The notes below the pieces were generated by a model, which saw only the letters and a program-made list of their open reading frames with translations, made no database searches and was not told the origin of the DNA. Below are positions 9,011-17,324 of a stretch of DNA of 64,000 bases, one piece after another. Numbering within the stretch: the first letter of the stretch is position 1; each line of letters begins with the position of its first letter. Source of the stretch: Candidatus Pelethousia sp. (lineage in GTDB: Bacteria > Bacillota > Clostridia > Christensenellales > CAG-138); NCBI GenBank assembly GCA_034928145.1, contig JAYFPE010000016.1, positions 6,953-70,952 on the forward strand, written 5' to 3'. The position numbers and the translations under genes were made by a program.

Positions 9011-10015
9011 ATGGATACAATCAAAAAGATTCCCTTGATTATCGATACCGACCCGGGTGATGATGACGCCGCCTCCATCCTGTGGGCGCTCTCCTGTGGC
9101 AAATTTGACGTCAAGGCGCTCACCATCGCAAGCGGCAATGTGGGGCTGGATAAATGCGCCATCAATGCGTTACGCACGCTGGAGGTTAGCAAACGTATCG
9201 ATATCCCCGTCTATAAGGGCGCGTGGAAGCCTATCATGATTCCGGCACAGGATGCGAGTTGGATCCATGGTGAGGATGGCTTGGGTGATGTGGGCTTCCC
9301 CCTGCCCCAAACGCCTGTTACGCCGGGGTATGCACCGGTAGAGATGGTGCGTATCGCCAAAGAATCACCGGAGCCCATCACGATTCTGGCCCTGGCCCCC
9401 ATCACCAATGTGGCCTTGGCCGTACTCCTGGACCACGATTTTAAAAACCACGTCAAAGAGATCGTCTTTATGGGGGGAGCCGTAGGTGTTCCGGGCAATA
9501 CAAGCCCTGGTGCGAGCTTCAATGTAGCCGCCGATCCCCACGCTGCTTCCATCGTATATAACGCCGGCATTCCTGTGGTTCAGGTAGGCTTGGATGCATG
9601 CGATCAAGTGACACAGCGCTGGGAGGATCTGGACGAAATCGGCCAAGCCGGCACCGCCGTGGCGGATTTCCTGGTGCGTATGATGGAGTTTCGTCGGGAC
9701 AAGGCGGTCAAGATCATCAAAAACGAAAAGGGCGAGGTGGTTGCCCGCATGGCTGCGGATGAGGAGGCCGGCCGCGGGAAAACGGGAATCGGCCTCAACG
9801 ATCTGACCACCACCGCTTACCTCGTTAACCCGGGCTGGTTCAAGGTTCGGGAAGTGGCCATGGATATTGAAACCGGCGGGCTGACCCCGGGCAGGACAAC
9901 GGCCGATTTCCATGGCCTGTGGGGAAGAGAGCCCAACTGCACCTTCGCGTACGGGGTAGACGGCCCGGCGCTGGTTCGCCGGTGGGTGGAAGATATCAAG
10001 GCATTCCACCCGTGA
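9011..10015 (+). CDS. nucleoside hydrolase (IU-NH fold) paralog 2
   Basis: Same length (334 aa) and same motifs as paralog 1, with about 39 differences in my manual alignment. Confidence 0.9.
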   Translation: MDTIKKIPLIIDTDPGDDDAASILWALSCGKFDVKALTIASGNVGLDKCAINALRTLEVSKRIDIPVYKGAWKPIMIPAQDASWIHGEDGLGDVGFPLPQTPVTPGYAPVEMVRIAKESPEPITILALAPITNVALAVLLDHDFKNHVKEIVFMGGAVGVPGNTSPGASFNVAADPHAASIVYNAGIPVVQVGLDACDQVTQRWEDLDEIGQAGTAVADFLVRMMEFRRDKAVKIIKNEKGEVVARMAADEEAGRGKTGIGLNDLTTTAYLVNPGWFKVREVAMDIETGGLTPGRTTADFHGLWGREPNCTFAYGVDGPALVRRWVEDIKAFHP

Positions 10016-10035
10016 AATGGGAGAGGAGAGATATC

Positions 10036-11025
10036 ATGGACGAAAACAAGAGGCGCGCCATCATTATCGATACCGACCCCGGTGTGGATGACGCAGCGTC
10101 GCTGTTTTGGGTGCTGGCCAACCCACGGTTTGATATCAAGGCCATCACTATCGCCAACGGCAACGTCTCCTTAGACCAATGCGCCGTCAACGCCCTCAAA
10201 ATTTTGGAGGCAGCCGGCCAAAGCCATATCCCCGTATACATCGGCGCGCCCGATCCCCTTCTGCGTCCCACCGTGGACGCGGCTTGGGTGCATGGCAACG
10301 ATGGGCTGGGGGACGCGGGCTTCCCCATACCCAAAGCCCTAGCCGCGCCGGGCTATGCCCCCGCCGAGATGGCGCGCATCGCTGCCGAATGCGGGGAAGT
10401 CACCATTTTGGCCTTGGCGCCCTTGACCAACGTAGCTCTGGCGGTACGGCTGGACCCGGATTTTAAAAAGCATGTCAAAGAGATCCTTTTCATGGGCGGC
10501 GCGGTGCGGGTGCCCGGCAACGAAAGCCCGGCCTCCAGTTTTAACCCCGCGGTGGACCCGGATGCGGCGCGGATCGTATACCGCTCGGGCATTCCGGTGG
10601 TACAGCTTGGCCTGGATGTGTGTGACAAGGTGCGGGAGATGCCCGAGGATTTCGAAAAGCTGGCCGCTGTGCATACGCCGGTTACGGATTTTATCTTGCG
10701 CATGCTTGCCTTTATTCGCCATAAGGCCCGCCGCGTTTATACCGATGAATCGGGGCAGGTCACAGGCGTGGATGCGATACAGGATAGCGCCGGCGTGGGC
10801 CTCAATGACCTGACCGCCACCGCTTATCTGATCGAGCCGCGCTGGTTTAAGACCAGGGCGCTCTACATCGATATTGATACCGCGGGGCTCTGCCCCGGGC
10901 AGACGGTGGCGGATTTTCGGGGTATGTGGGGCAAGCAGCCCAACGCTCTATGGGCCTATGATGTGGATGCCCGCGCTGCGGTGGACCGCTGGGTAGCGGA
11001 TATTTGCGCATACCGGCCCTTATGA
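10036..11025 (+). CDS. nucleoside hydrolase (IU-NH fold) paralog 3
   Basis: ATG at 10036 (MDENKRRAIIIDTDPGVDDA) follows a GAGAGGAGAG RBS. The listed ORF start at 9919 overlaps paralog 2 and was trimmed. Confidence 0.85.
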   Translation: MDENKRRAIIIDTDPGVDDAASLFWVLANPRFDIKAITIANGNVSLDQCAVNALKILEAAGQSHIPVYIGAPDPLLRPTVDAAWVHGNDGLGDAGFPIPKALAAPGYAPAEMARIAAECGEVTILALAPLTNVALAVRLDPDFKKHVKEILFMGGAVRVPGNESPASSFNPAVDPDAARIVYRSGIPVVQLGLDVCDKVREMPEDFEKLAAVHTPVTDFILRMLAFIRHKARRVYTDESGQVTGVDAIQDSAGVGLNDLTATAYLIEPRWFKTRALYIDIDTAGLCPGQTVADFRGMWGKQPNALWAYDVDARAAVDRWVADICAYRPL

Positions 11026-11043
11026 TAGGAGGAGAGAAAGACC

Positions 11044-12063
11044 ATGATTGAAGAGAAGATTCCCGTGATCATCGACACCGACCCTGGCGACGACGATGCC
11101 GTTGCCATACTCTGGGTCCTTGCCAACTCCCGCTTTGATGTAAAGGCCTGCACCGTAGGCTATGGGAACGCCGGCACGGAAAAGTGCGTGTGCAACATGC
11201 TGCGTATACTGGAGGTGGCGGGCAGAACGGATATCCCTGTGTATGCTGGCGCACACCGCCCCCTTTTGGGGCGGGCGGAAAACGCCGCCTGGATTCACGG
11301 GGAGGACGGATTGGGCGACGCAGGCTTCCCCCTGCCGGATGCGCAGCCTGCGCCGGGCTATGCGCCTGTGGAAATGATACGCCACGCAAAGGAATCCAAG
11401 GAGCCCGTGACCCTGCTGTGCCTTTCGCCCGTCACCAACGTAGCCCTGGCATACCTTTTGGACCCGACCTTTAAGGACCATGTCCGAGAGGTTCTCATTA
11501 TGGGCGGCGCGGTGCGCGTGCCGGGCAATGCCAGCCCCGGGGCCAGCGCCAATCTAAAGAACGATCCCTGGGCCGCGCAAATCGTCTACCGCTCGGGCAT
11601 GCGGGTAGTACAGCTAGGGCTGGATACCTGCAACAAAATGACGGAACTGGATGAGGATTGGGCCGCTTTGGAGGCCGCGAAAACGCCGGTAACGGATTTC
11701 ATCATTCGGATGCTGCGCTTCCGCCGGGAACAGGCTGTGCGCGTGATCACCGATCAGGCGGGCAATGTGCGGCGGCTCTCCCAGGCAGAGGAAATGCCCG
11801 ACCACGCAGGGGGTATAGGGCTCAACGATGTGGCCGCCACGGCTTACCTGATCGAACCCAATTGGTTTAAAACCCGAGAGGTTTATATCGACATCGACGC
11901 CGACTCCCTGTGCCCCGGCCGCACCGTGCCGGATATGCACGGCTTATGGGGTAAGGCGCCCAACGCGCGCCTGGCCTACGATGTGGATGGCCGCGCTGCG
12001 GTGGATCGGCTAATGAGCGACCTTATCGCCTTCCGTCCCCGCAATGGCCGCGTGTATTCGTAA
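11044..12063 (+). CDS. nucleoside hydrolase (IU-NH fold) paralog 4
   Basis: Motifs VIIDTDPGDDDA, WIHGEDGLGD, ANLKNDPWAA and GLNDVAATAYLIEP. Confidence 0.85.
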   Translation: MIEEKIPVIIDTDPGDDDAVAILWVLANSRFDVKACTVGYGNAGTEKCVCNMLRILEVAGRTDIPVYAGAHRPLLGRAENAAWIHGEDGLGDAGFPLPDAQPAPGYAPVEMIRHAKESKEPVTLLCLSPVTNVALAYLLDPTFKDHVREVLIMGGAVRVPGNASPGASANLKNDPWAAQIVYRSGMRVVQLGLDTCNKMTELDEDWAALEAAKTPVTDFIIRMLRFRREQAVRVITDQAGNVRRLSQAEEMPDHAGGIGLNDVAATAYLIEPNWFKTREVYIDIDADSLCPGRTVPDMHGLWGKAPNARLAYDVDGRAAVDRLMSDLIAFRPRNGRVYS

Positions 12064-12134
12064 GCTGTGCCGTAATCGTTAATTGACTCGCTTGGCTTTA
12101 TGAAGATTATGGGTGCTGGACAAGGCAAACAAAT

Positions 12135-12177
12135 AAAACGTAAAGCAGGCGGCATTCGGCCGCCTGCTTTACGTTTT
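12135..12177 (+). terminator. rho-independent terminator (bidirectional type) ending the hydrolase operon
   Basis: A perfect 19-bp stem (AAAACGTAAAGCAGGCGGC / GCCGCCTGCTTTACGTTTT) with a 5-nt loop, an A-tract on the 5' side and a T-tract on the 3' side. Confidence 0.8.
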
Positions 12178-12716
12178 GGAGTCATGATGCACGTTTTCCC
12201 GAAATGTTTATTCAGCATATCTACCGCAGGCCACTCCTTTTCCCCGGATAAATGCGCAACTTTACAGCGTGAATTGGATATCCGAAAACTCCGAAAACTT
12301 CCATGTGGCTTTCTCAAGGGCTTTCAGACTAGGGAGATGGCCAAATTCCGCCTGCGCATTGCCTTCATACATCTTTTCTTCCGCTCCCATTTCCGACCCC
12401 CCTTTGAATCCTCCCAAATCATTTCGTCCGCTTACATTCACCCTTCTCCCTATCACCATACAAACCCGCTTCCCAAACCGTTATGGACCTCGCAAAACCA
12501 AATTCATTGCTTCCTCCTTTCAGTTACACGGCTTCTTTCATTTCCTCCCGCATCATGGAATTGCTTTAAGCACCATGATTTATGGAACAGCTGGAAGACA
12601 TCTTCAATTCGCACCTAGTCCTCTTCTGTATAGGATTGCTTTAGTTCCATAGAAAGGTAATGGGACACGCTAAGGAAAAATAAGTATAGTACACAACGAA
12701 AATCAGGAGTGAGGGC

Positions 12717-12920
12717 ATGAGACAAGGGGGTGTTTGTAAGGTCGTTATTCATATGCCCGAATCCATACATGCCCTCTCTTCCAGGCTTAACGCTTTCTAT
12801 ATCGAAGTGCTTGAAAGAAGGCTCGGCCAGTCTAACCTGACCATGCGTGAAAAGACTCTTGTGCTAAATCGGATATTCTCGAACATGAAATCGGGGGAGG
12901 CCGGGGAGGCCGTCGAATAG
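12717..12920 (+). CDS. hypothetical small protein (67 aa); coding status doubtful
   Basis: ATG with AGGAG 7 nt upstream and a helical-looking translation. It overlaps the convergent XRE-like ORF by 89 nt and lies in a decayed low-GC zone. Confidence 0.25.
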   Translation: MRQGGVCKVVIHMPESIHALSSRLNAFYIEVLERRLGQSNLTMREKTLVLNRIFSNMKSGEAGEAVE

Positions 12921-13098
12921 GTGCTTGTGTAGTCGCCATATGTTGTATGGCGGTTTGCTGTTCCTTGTTTCCCCAGATTAAGGGAGCGTGCCTTACGCCC
13001 ATAATGATGGCTAATTCTTCCTGTGTGAGTTCGTAGAGCTTGCGGTATTTTTTCAGATGTACCCCATAAACGCCACCATCATCGATTGACAAGCACAA
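12832..13098 (-). CDS. XRE-family HTH-like small protein, possibly a remnant
   Basis: The N-terminal part LKKYRKLYELTQEELAIIMGV...W.N resembles the helix-turn-helix of Cro/CI-type regulators. The C-terminal part is proline-rich and non-descript, and the start codon is uncertain. Confidence 0.35.
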   Translation of the reverse strand: MCLSIDDGGVYGVHLKKYRKLYELTQEELAIIMGVRHAPLIWGNKEQQTAIQHMATTQAPIRRPPRPPPISCSRISDLAQESFHAWSG

Positions 13099-13147
13099 TA
13101 CTGCCTTTCATCTTTTTATCGGCTGCCGGGAAGAATTTTGTTGCCCT

Positions 13148-13891
13148 TTGTGTGGTGGCGCATTCCCTACCATGATCAGCGTGATCGCCATGTTCTTTGT
13201 GGGCGGCGTTGGGGGCTGGTTGGGATCGGCGCTGGGGGCGGCGCTGCTCACGGGGATGGTGGTGCTGGGCGTGGGCTGCACCTTCGGCGTTTCCTGGCTG
13301 CTATCTAAAACGGTGCTGCGGGGCGTGCCATCTTCCTTTACGCTGGAGATGCCGCCCTGCCGCAAGCCGCAGGTGGGCAAGGTAATCCTGCGCTCGATGC
13401 TGGACCGCACCATCTTCGTATTGGGTCGGGCGGCGGCTGTGGCCGCGCCTGCTGGCCTGCTCATCTGGGGCATGGCCAATATATCCGTTAACGGCGGCAC
13501 GCTCCTCTTTCATTGCGCCGCTTTTTTGGAGCCGCTAGGCCGCCTCATGGGCCTGGACGGGGTAATTCTGCTGGCCTTTATCTTGGGCCTGCCCGCCAAT
13601 GAGATTGTTGTGCCCATCATCATTATGGCCTACCTGCAAAGCGGCGCCCTGCTTGAATTGGAAAGCCTGGGCGCTTTGCGCGCGCTGCTGACCGGCAACG
13701 GATGGACGCCGCTCACCGCCCTTTGCACGCTGCTGTTTTCCCTGCTGCATTGGCCCTGCGCCACCACCCTTTTGACCATCCGCAAAGAAACGGGCAGCTG
13801 GAAATGGACGGCCCTGGCCTTTGCCCTCCCCACCGGCCTGGGCATGGCGCTCTGCATGCTGGCCGCGGCTTTTTGGCGCCTGCTGGTTTAG
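13148..13891 (+). pseudogene. feoB: ferrous iron transporter FeoB, C-terminal membrane fragment only (5'-truncated)
   Basis: The translation carries FeoB C-terminal hallmarks: FTLEMPPCRKPQ (compare ELPxYRxP), LGLPANEIVVPIIIMAY and LLHWPCATTLLTIRKETGSWKW. The G-domain and first gate domain (about 400 aa) are absent, and unrelated low-GC DNA lies upstream. Confidence 0.6.
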
Positions 13892-13918
13892 ACAAACGGC
13901 GGGAGCCGCTCAGCGTGT

Positions 13919-14242
13919 CAAAAAAGTGGCCATGGCCACTTTTGAGTTTCCACGGAACAACTGCTCATACCTTGGGGCCGTTGTTTCATGCAGAGAAAGC
14001 CTTGGCAAGCAAGGTTCTTCGCGCGCGACGCACACGCGCCCCGGGGCATCCTCTCTTGCCGCCTCGCGGCAATTCACCTTGTCCGCCGCTCACGATTAAA
14101 GCCTCGGGGGCGGAGCCGAGCGCCGCCACTGCGGATGAAGCGAGGCGGAAGCCCGATGAGCAAAGGAGCAGCGCGGCCTTAAGGGCGCATCGCCACTATT
14201 GCGAACTGTGAACGGCCCGCGATTCCTAGGGACTTTTCGACA
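13919..14242. repeat. inverted-repeat-bounded ~320-bp non-coding repeat, copy A (MITE-like)
   Basis: The left end CTCAGCGTGTCAAAA is identical to 24842-24856. The right end ACTTTTCGACA is an inverted copy of TGTCAAAAGT. The internal 28-nt motif CCTCTCTTGCCGC-N3-GCGGCAATTCAC (14050-14077) matches 24924-24951 at 26/28. A 22-bp perfect palindrome AAAAGTGGCCATGGCCACTTTT lies at 13932-13953. Confidence 0.5.
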
Positions 14243-14311
14243 GACCGGGCTGTGGGAGCCTCTTTCTTTCAATTGATTTTACAGCCAGTTCGCAGATCCA
14301 CATACGAAATA

Positions 14312-14320
14312 TGTTATACT
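14312..14320 (+). promoter_or_regulatory. candidate extended -10 promoter element (TGTTATACT) for hflKC
   Basis: A TGnTATACT motif lies 58 nt upstream of the hflK ATG. No convincing -35 was found. Confidence 0.3.
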
Positions 14321-14377
14321 ATATATGGCAGATGTTTTATCCAAAGTTAAGGCAGATCAAACTGCGGAAGGAGCTAT

Positions 14378-15361
14378 ATGGAGCATAACTGGCAAGGGAG
14401 GCCGCCCGAGGCGCGGCAGCCGAGAGACTGGAGGCGGATGGGCCGTGTGGCCCTCCTGGCCCTTATTGCGGTGGCCGTGTTGGGCATCGGCGCGACCTGT
14501 TGGTATACGGTGAACGAGAAGCAGCAGGCTGTGGTAACCACCTTCGGCAAGGTCACGGGGGTGAGTGACGCGGGCATCCATTTCATGTTGCCTCTGGGGA
14601 TTCAGCAGGCGCATAAGGTGGATGTGAACGTATACCAGAAGATCGAACTGGGCTACCGCACCGATGTCGCCCGCGAAGAGGGCTACACGGTGGTGGAAGA
14701 AGAGAGCAAGATGATCACCGGGGATTATAATATCGTCAACGTGGAATTCTTTGTGGAATATAAGGTTTCCGATCCGGTGCGCTATCTTTATGGCTCCTAT
14801 GCGCCGGAAACCATCCTGCGCAACCTCGTGCAGAGCCAGGTGCGCAATGTGGTGGGCTCCACCCCTGTGGACGCCGTGCTTACAGACGGCAAGGAAGCCA
14901 TCCAAATGGAAGTGAAGGAGCTGATCACCGAGGTTCTGGCAAAATACGACGTGGGCCTGATGCTCACGGACGTTAAGATCCAGGATAGCGACCCGCCCAC
15001 CGAGGATGTGACGTATGCCTTCAAGGCTGTGGAAACGGCCAAGCAGGGCGCGGAGACCGTGATCAACGAGGCGCGTGCCTACCAGAACGCGCAGCTGCCC
15101 GCGGCGGAGGCCCAGGCGGACAAGCTGATCCGCAATGCCGAGTACCTCAAACAGAAGCGCATCAACGAGGCAAACGAGCAGGTGGCCATGTTTAACGCAA
15201 TGTATCAGGCATATGCCGACAAGCCCGCCATCACCCGCTCGCGCATGTATTACGAGGCCATCCAGAAGGTGCTGCCCGGCGCGAAGGTTTATATCGATAT
15301 GTCCGAGGGCGGGGTGCAGACCCTGCTGCCCCTTGAATCCTTTGCGGGAGGTGCGCAATAA
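14378..15361 (+). CDS. hflK: FtsH protease modulator HflK (SPFH/band-7 domain)
   Basis: GGAAGGAG RBS and an N-terminal TM segment. The SPFH-domain translation (QQAVVTTFGKVTGVSDAGIHFMLP...) is followed by the paralogous hflC. Confidence 0.8.
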   Translation: MEHNWQGRPPEARQPRDWRRMGRVALLALIAVAVLGIGATCWYTVNEKQQAVVTTFGKVTGVSDAGIHFMLPLGIQQAHKVDVNVYQKIELGYRTDVAREEGYTVVEEESKMITGDYNIVNVEFFVEYKVSDPVRYLYGSYAPETILRNLVQSQVRNVVGSTPVDAVLTDGKEAIQMEVKELITEVLAKYDVGLMLTDVKIQDSDPPTEDVTYAFKAVETAKQGAETVINEARAYQNAQLPAAEAQADKLIRNAEYLKQKRINEANEQVAMFNAMYQAYADKPAITRSRMYYEAIQKVLPGAKVYIDMSEGGVQTLLPLESFAGGAQ

Positions 15362-16242
15362 TGAAAAAGCTTACAGGCAAGCTCATTGGCGCTGTGCTGT
15401 TGATCGCGGCGGCCGTTACCCTCTTTTCCAGCGCCTATACCGTAGGCGAGAACGAATATGCCTGCGTGGTGCGCTTTGAGAAGATTATGTCCACCACGGA
15501 GCAGGCCGGCCTGCATTTTAAGATGCCCTTCCTCGAAGGGGTGAAAAAATTCCCCAAGGCCGTGATGTTCTATGACATCCCGCCCTCCGAGGTGCTCACC
15601 AGTGACAAGCAGAATATGACGGTGGATAGCTATGTGCTCTGGCAGATCGAAAACCCGCGCCTGTTTTACCAGGCCCTGGGCAACACGACCATAGCGGAGC
15701 AGCGGCTCGACGCCCTAACCTACAACGCCCTAAAAAACATCATGGGCACCCTGGCGCAGAAAGATATCATCAACGAGAACGCCGGCTCCGAGCGCAACGA
15801 TATCTATGAGGGCATCGCCGCCAATGTATCCACCATTGCCAAGAATTACGGAATCCGGGTGGTAGATGTGAAGATCAAGCGCTTCGACCTGCCCGAGGCC
15901 AACGAGCAGGCCGTTTACGGCCGCATGATCTCCGAGCGCAACCAGATCGCCGAGAAATATACGGCGGATGGCCAATACGAGGCTTCCATCATCCGCAACG
16001 ATGTGGATAAGCAGGTGAATATCCTCGTATCCAACGCCAAGGCCGAGGCGGCCAAGTTGGAGGCGGAGGGTGAGCAGGAATACATGCGCATCCTGGCCGA
16101 GGCCTACGATACGGCCGATAAGCAGGCCTTCTATGAGTTTACCCTATCCCTTGAGGCGCTCGAAGCCTCGCTTACCAGTGGGGAGAAAACCATCATCCTG
16201 GGCCGGGATTCCGCGCTTGGGAAGGTGCTGCTGAATCCGTGA
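15361..16242 (+). CDS. hflC: FtsH protease modulator HflC (SPFH/band-7 domain)
   Basis: The start follows directly after the hflK stop. It has an N-terminal TM segment and an SPFH core (VVRFEKI...GLHFKMPF...TSDKQNMTVDSYVLWQI). Confidence 0.8.
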   Translation: MKKLTGKLIGAVLLIAAAVTLFSSAYTVGENEYACVVRFEKIMSTTEQAGLHFKMPFLEGVKKFPKAVMFYDIPPSEVLTSDKQNMTVDSYVLWQIENPRLFYQALGNTTIAEQRLDALTYNALKNIMGTLAQKDIINENAGSERNDIYEGIAANVSTIAKNYGIRVVDVKIKRFDLPEANEQAVYGRMISERNQIAEKYTADGQYEASIIRNDVDKQVNILVSNAKAEAAKLEAEGEQEYMRILAEAYDTADKQAFYEFTLSLEALEASLTSGEKTIILGRDSALGKVLLNP

Positions 16243-16395
16243 GGTTTGCAGGGGATATGCATCTGGCCCCCGCGGGGCATAGACGCGATTGTAAAAGAGT
16301 AAGCAGGATAGCTTTTTAACCTTATAAGTACAAACAACGGTCCGGCGCATCCAATTTGCACCGGGCCGTTGCCTATAACGCAAAAACAGGGTTAC

Positions 16396-17274
16396 TTACG
16401 CCTGGATAGAATCCCTTACATGCGCCAAAATCGCCCCTGCCGCGTCCACGCCGGTGGTGGCGACAAGACCGAGGAAATGGGCGTTGGAGTTCACCTCGCA
16501 AAGCAGGGGGCCGGTTGGGCCGATGAGCAAATCTATGCCGGCGAAATCCAGGCCCAATGCCCGGGCCGCGGACAGGGCAAGGGATTCTTCTTCCGGTGAG
16601 GGGATGTAAGCCTCCGCCGTGCCGCCCGCGCTGACGTTGGCGCGGAAATCCCGCGGGTTTTGCCGCCGGATGGAGGCGATTGACCGGCCACCGACCACGT
16701 AGAGGCGGATATCCTCACCCGCGTGGCCGCCTATGTATTCTTGCAGGATCATGGGCGCCGGGGCGTGCTCGCGCAGGAGGGCCGCGGCCTCGCCATACGT
16801 ATTGGCCAGGTATACCTGCCAGCCAAAGGAGCCGCGGCGCTCCTTGATCACCAGGGGGAAGCCCAGGTGTTCCGCTGCCGGCTCCAGAAAATCGAGATTC
16901 GTGTACCCCAGGCCGGCATAGGTGAGGGGCGCGGCGATGGTTTTTGGCTGGGGCAGGCCGTAGGCGGCCAGCCGGAAGTGCGTGAGGGACTTATCATCCG
17001 CCGCTTCAATGGCGTCGATGGGGTTAAACAGCCGCAGGCCCGTTGCTTCCAACTGCCTGCCCAGCAGGATATCCTTATCCCAGAAAAGGCAGAAATCATA
17101 TGCTCGCAGGGAAAAGAGCGGCTTATGTTGCGTCATATCGAAAAGCAGCTGCGCGTTGGTGGCAAAATCCAGCCCAATGCCCAGCCTTTGGGCAGCGGCG
17201 AGCAAAGCCTTGCGCATCCGCACAAAGCTTTCCGTTTGGCCGAATTCATTCATTACCAGCAATCCGTGTGGCAT
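16396..17274 (-). CDS. RimK-family ATP-grasp ligase (alpha-L-glutamate ligase-like)
   Basis: ATP-grasp motifs: PLVIKERRGSFGWQVYL, GEDIRLYVVGG, RANVSAGG and FAGIDLL...LCEVNSNAHF. Confidence 0.75.
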   Translation of the reverse strand: MPHGLLVMNEFGQTESFVRMRKALLAAAQRLGIGLDFATNAQLLFDMTQHKPLFSLRAYDFCLFWDKDILLGRQLEATGLRLFNPIDAIEAADDKSLTHFRLAAYGLPQPKTIAAPLTYAGLGYTNLDFLEPAAEHLGFPLVIKERRGSFGWQVYLANTYGEAAALLREHAPAPMILQEYIGGHAGEDIRLYVVGGRSIASIRRQNPRDFRANVSAGGTAEAYIPSPEEESLALSAARALGLDFAGIDLLIGPTGPLLCEVNSNAHFLGLVATTGVDAAGAILAHVRDSIQA

Positions 17275-17324
17275 GTTGTATCCTTACATAATAGAAAACA
17301 TAAAAAATAGCGATCGTCTTAGCT

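Noticed and set aside
7938-9020. 360-aa ORF on the - strand. Similar long antisense ORFs occur at 14357-15358, 29686-30777, 38367-39308, 39369-40379, 45341-46402 and 47375-48241.
   Set aside because: Each lies opposite a gene with strong family motifs and shows the biased composition expected from stop-codon-poor GC-rich antisense frames.
12100-12652. ORFs of 172 and 127 aa in the low-GC zone
   Set aside because: They have no RBS and give proline/serine/phenylalanine-rich nonsense-like translations. They overlap each other in different frames, and one runs through the operon terminator hairpin.
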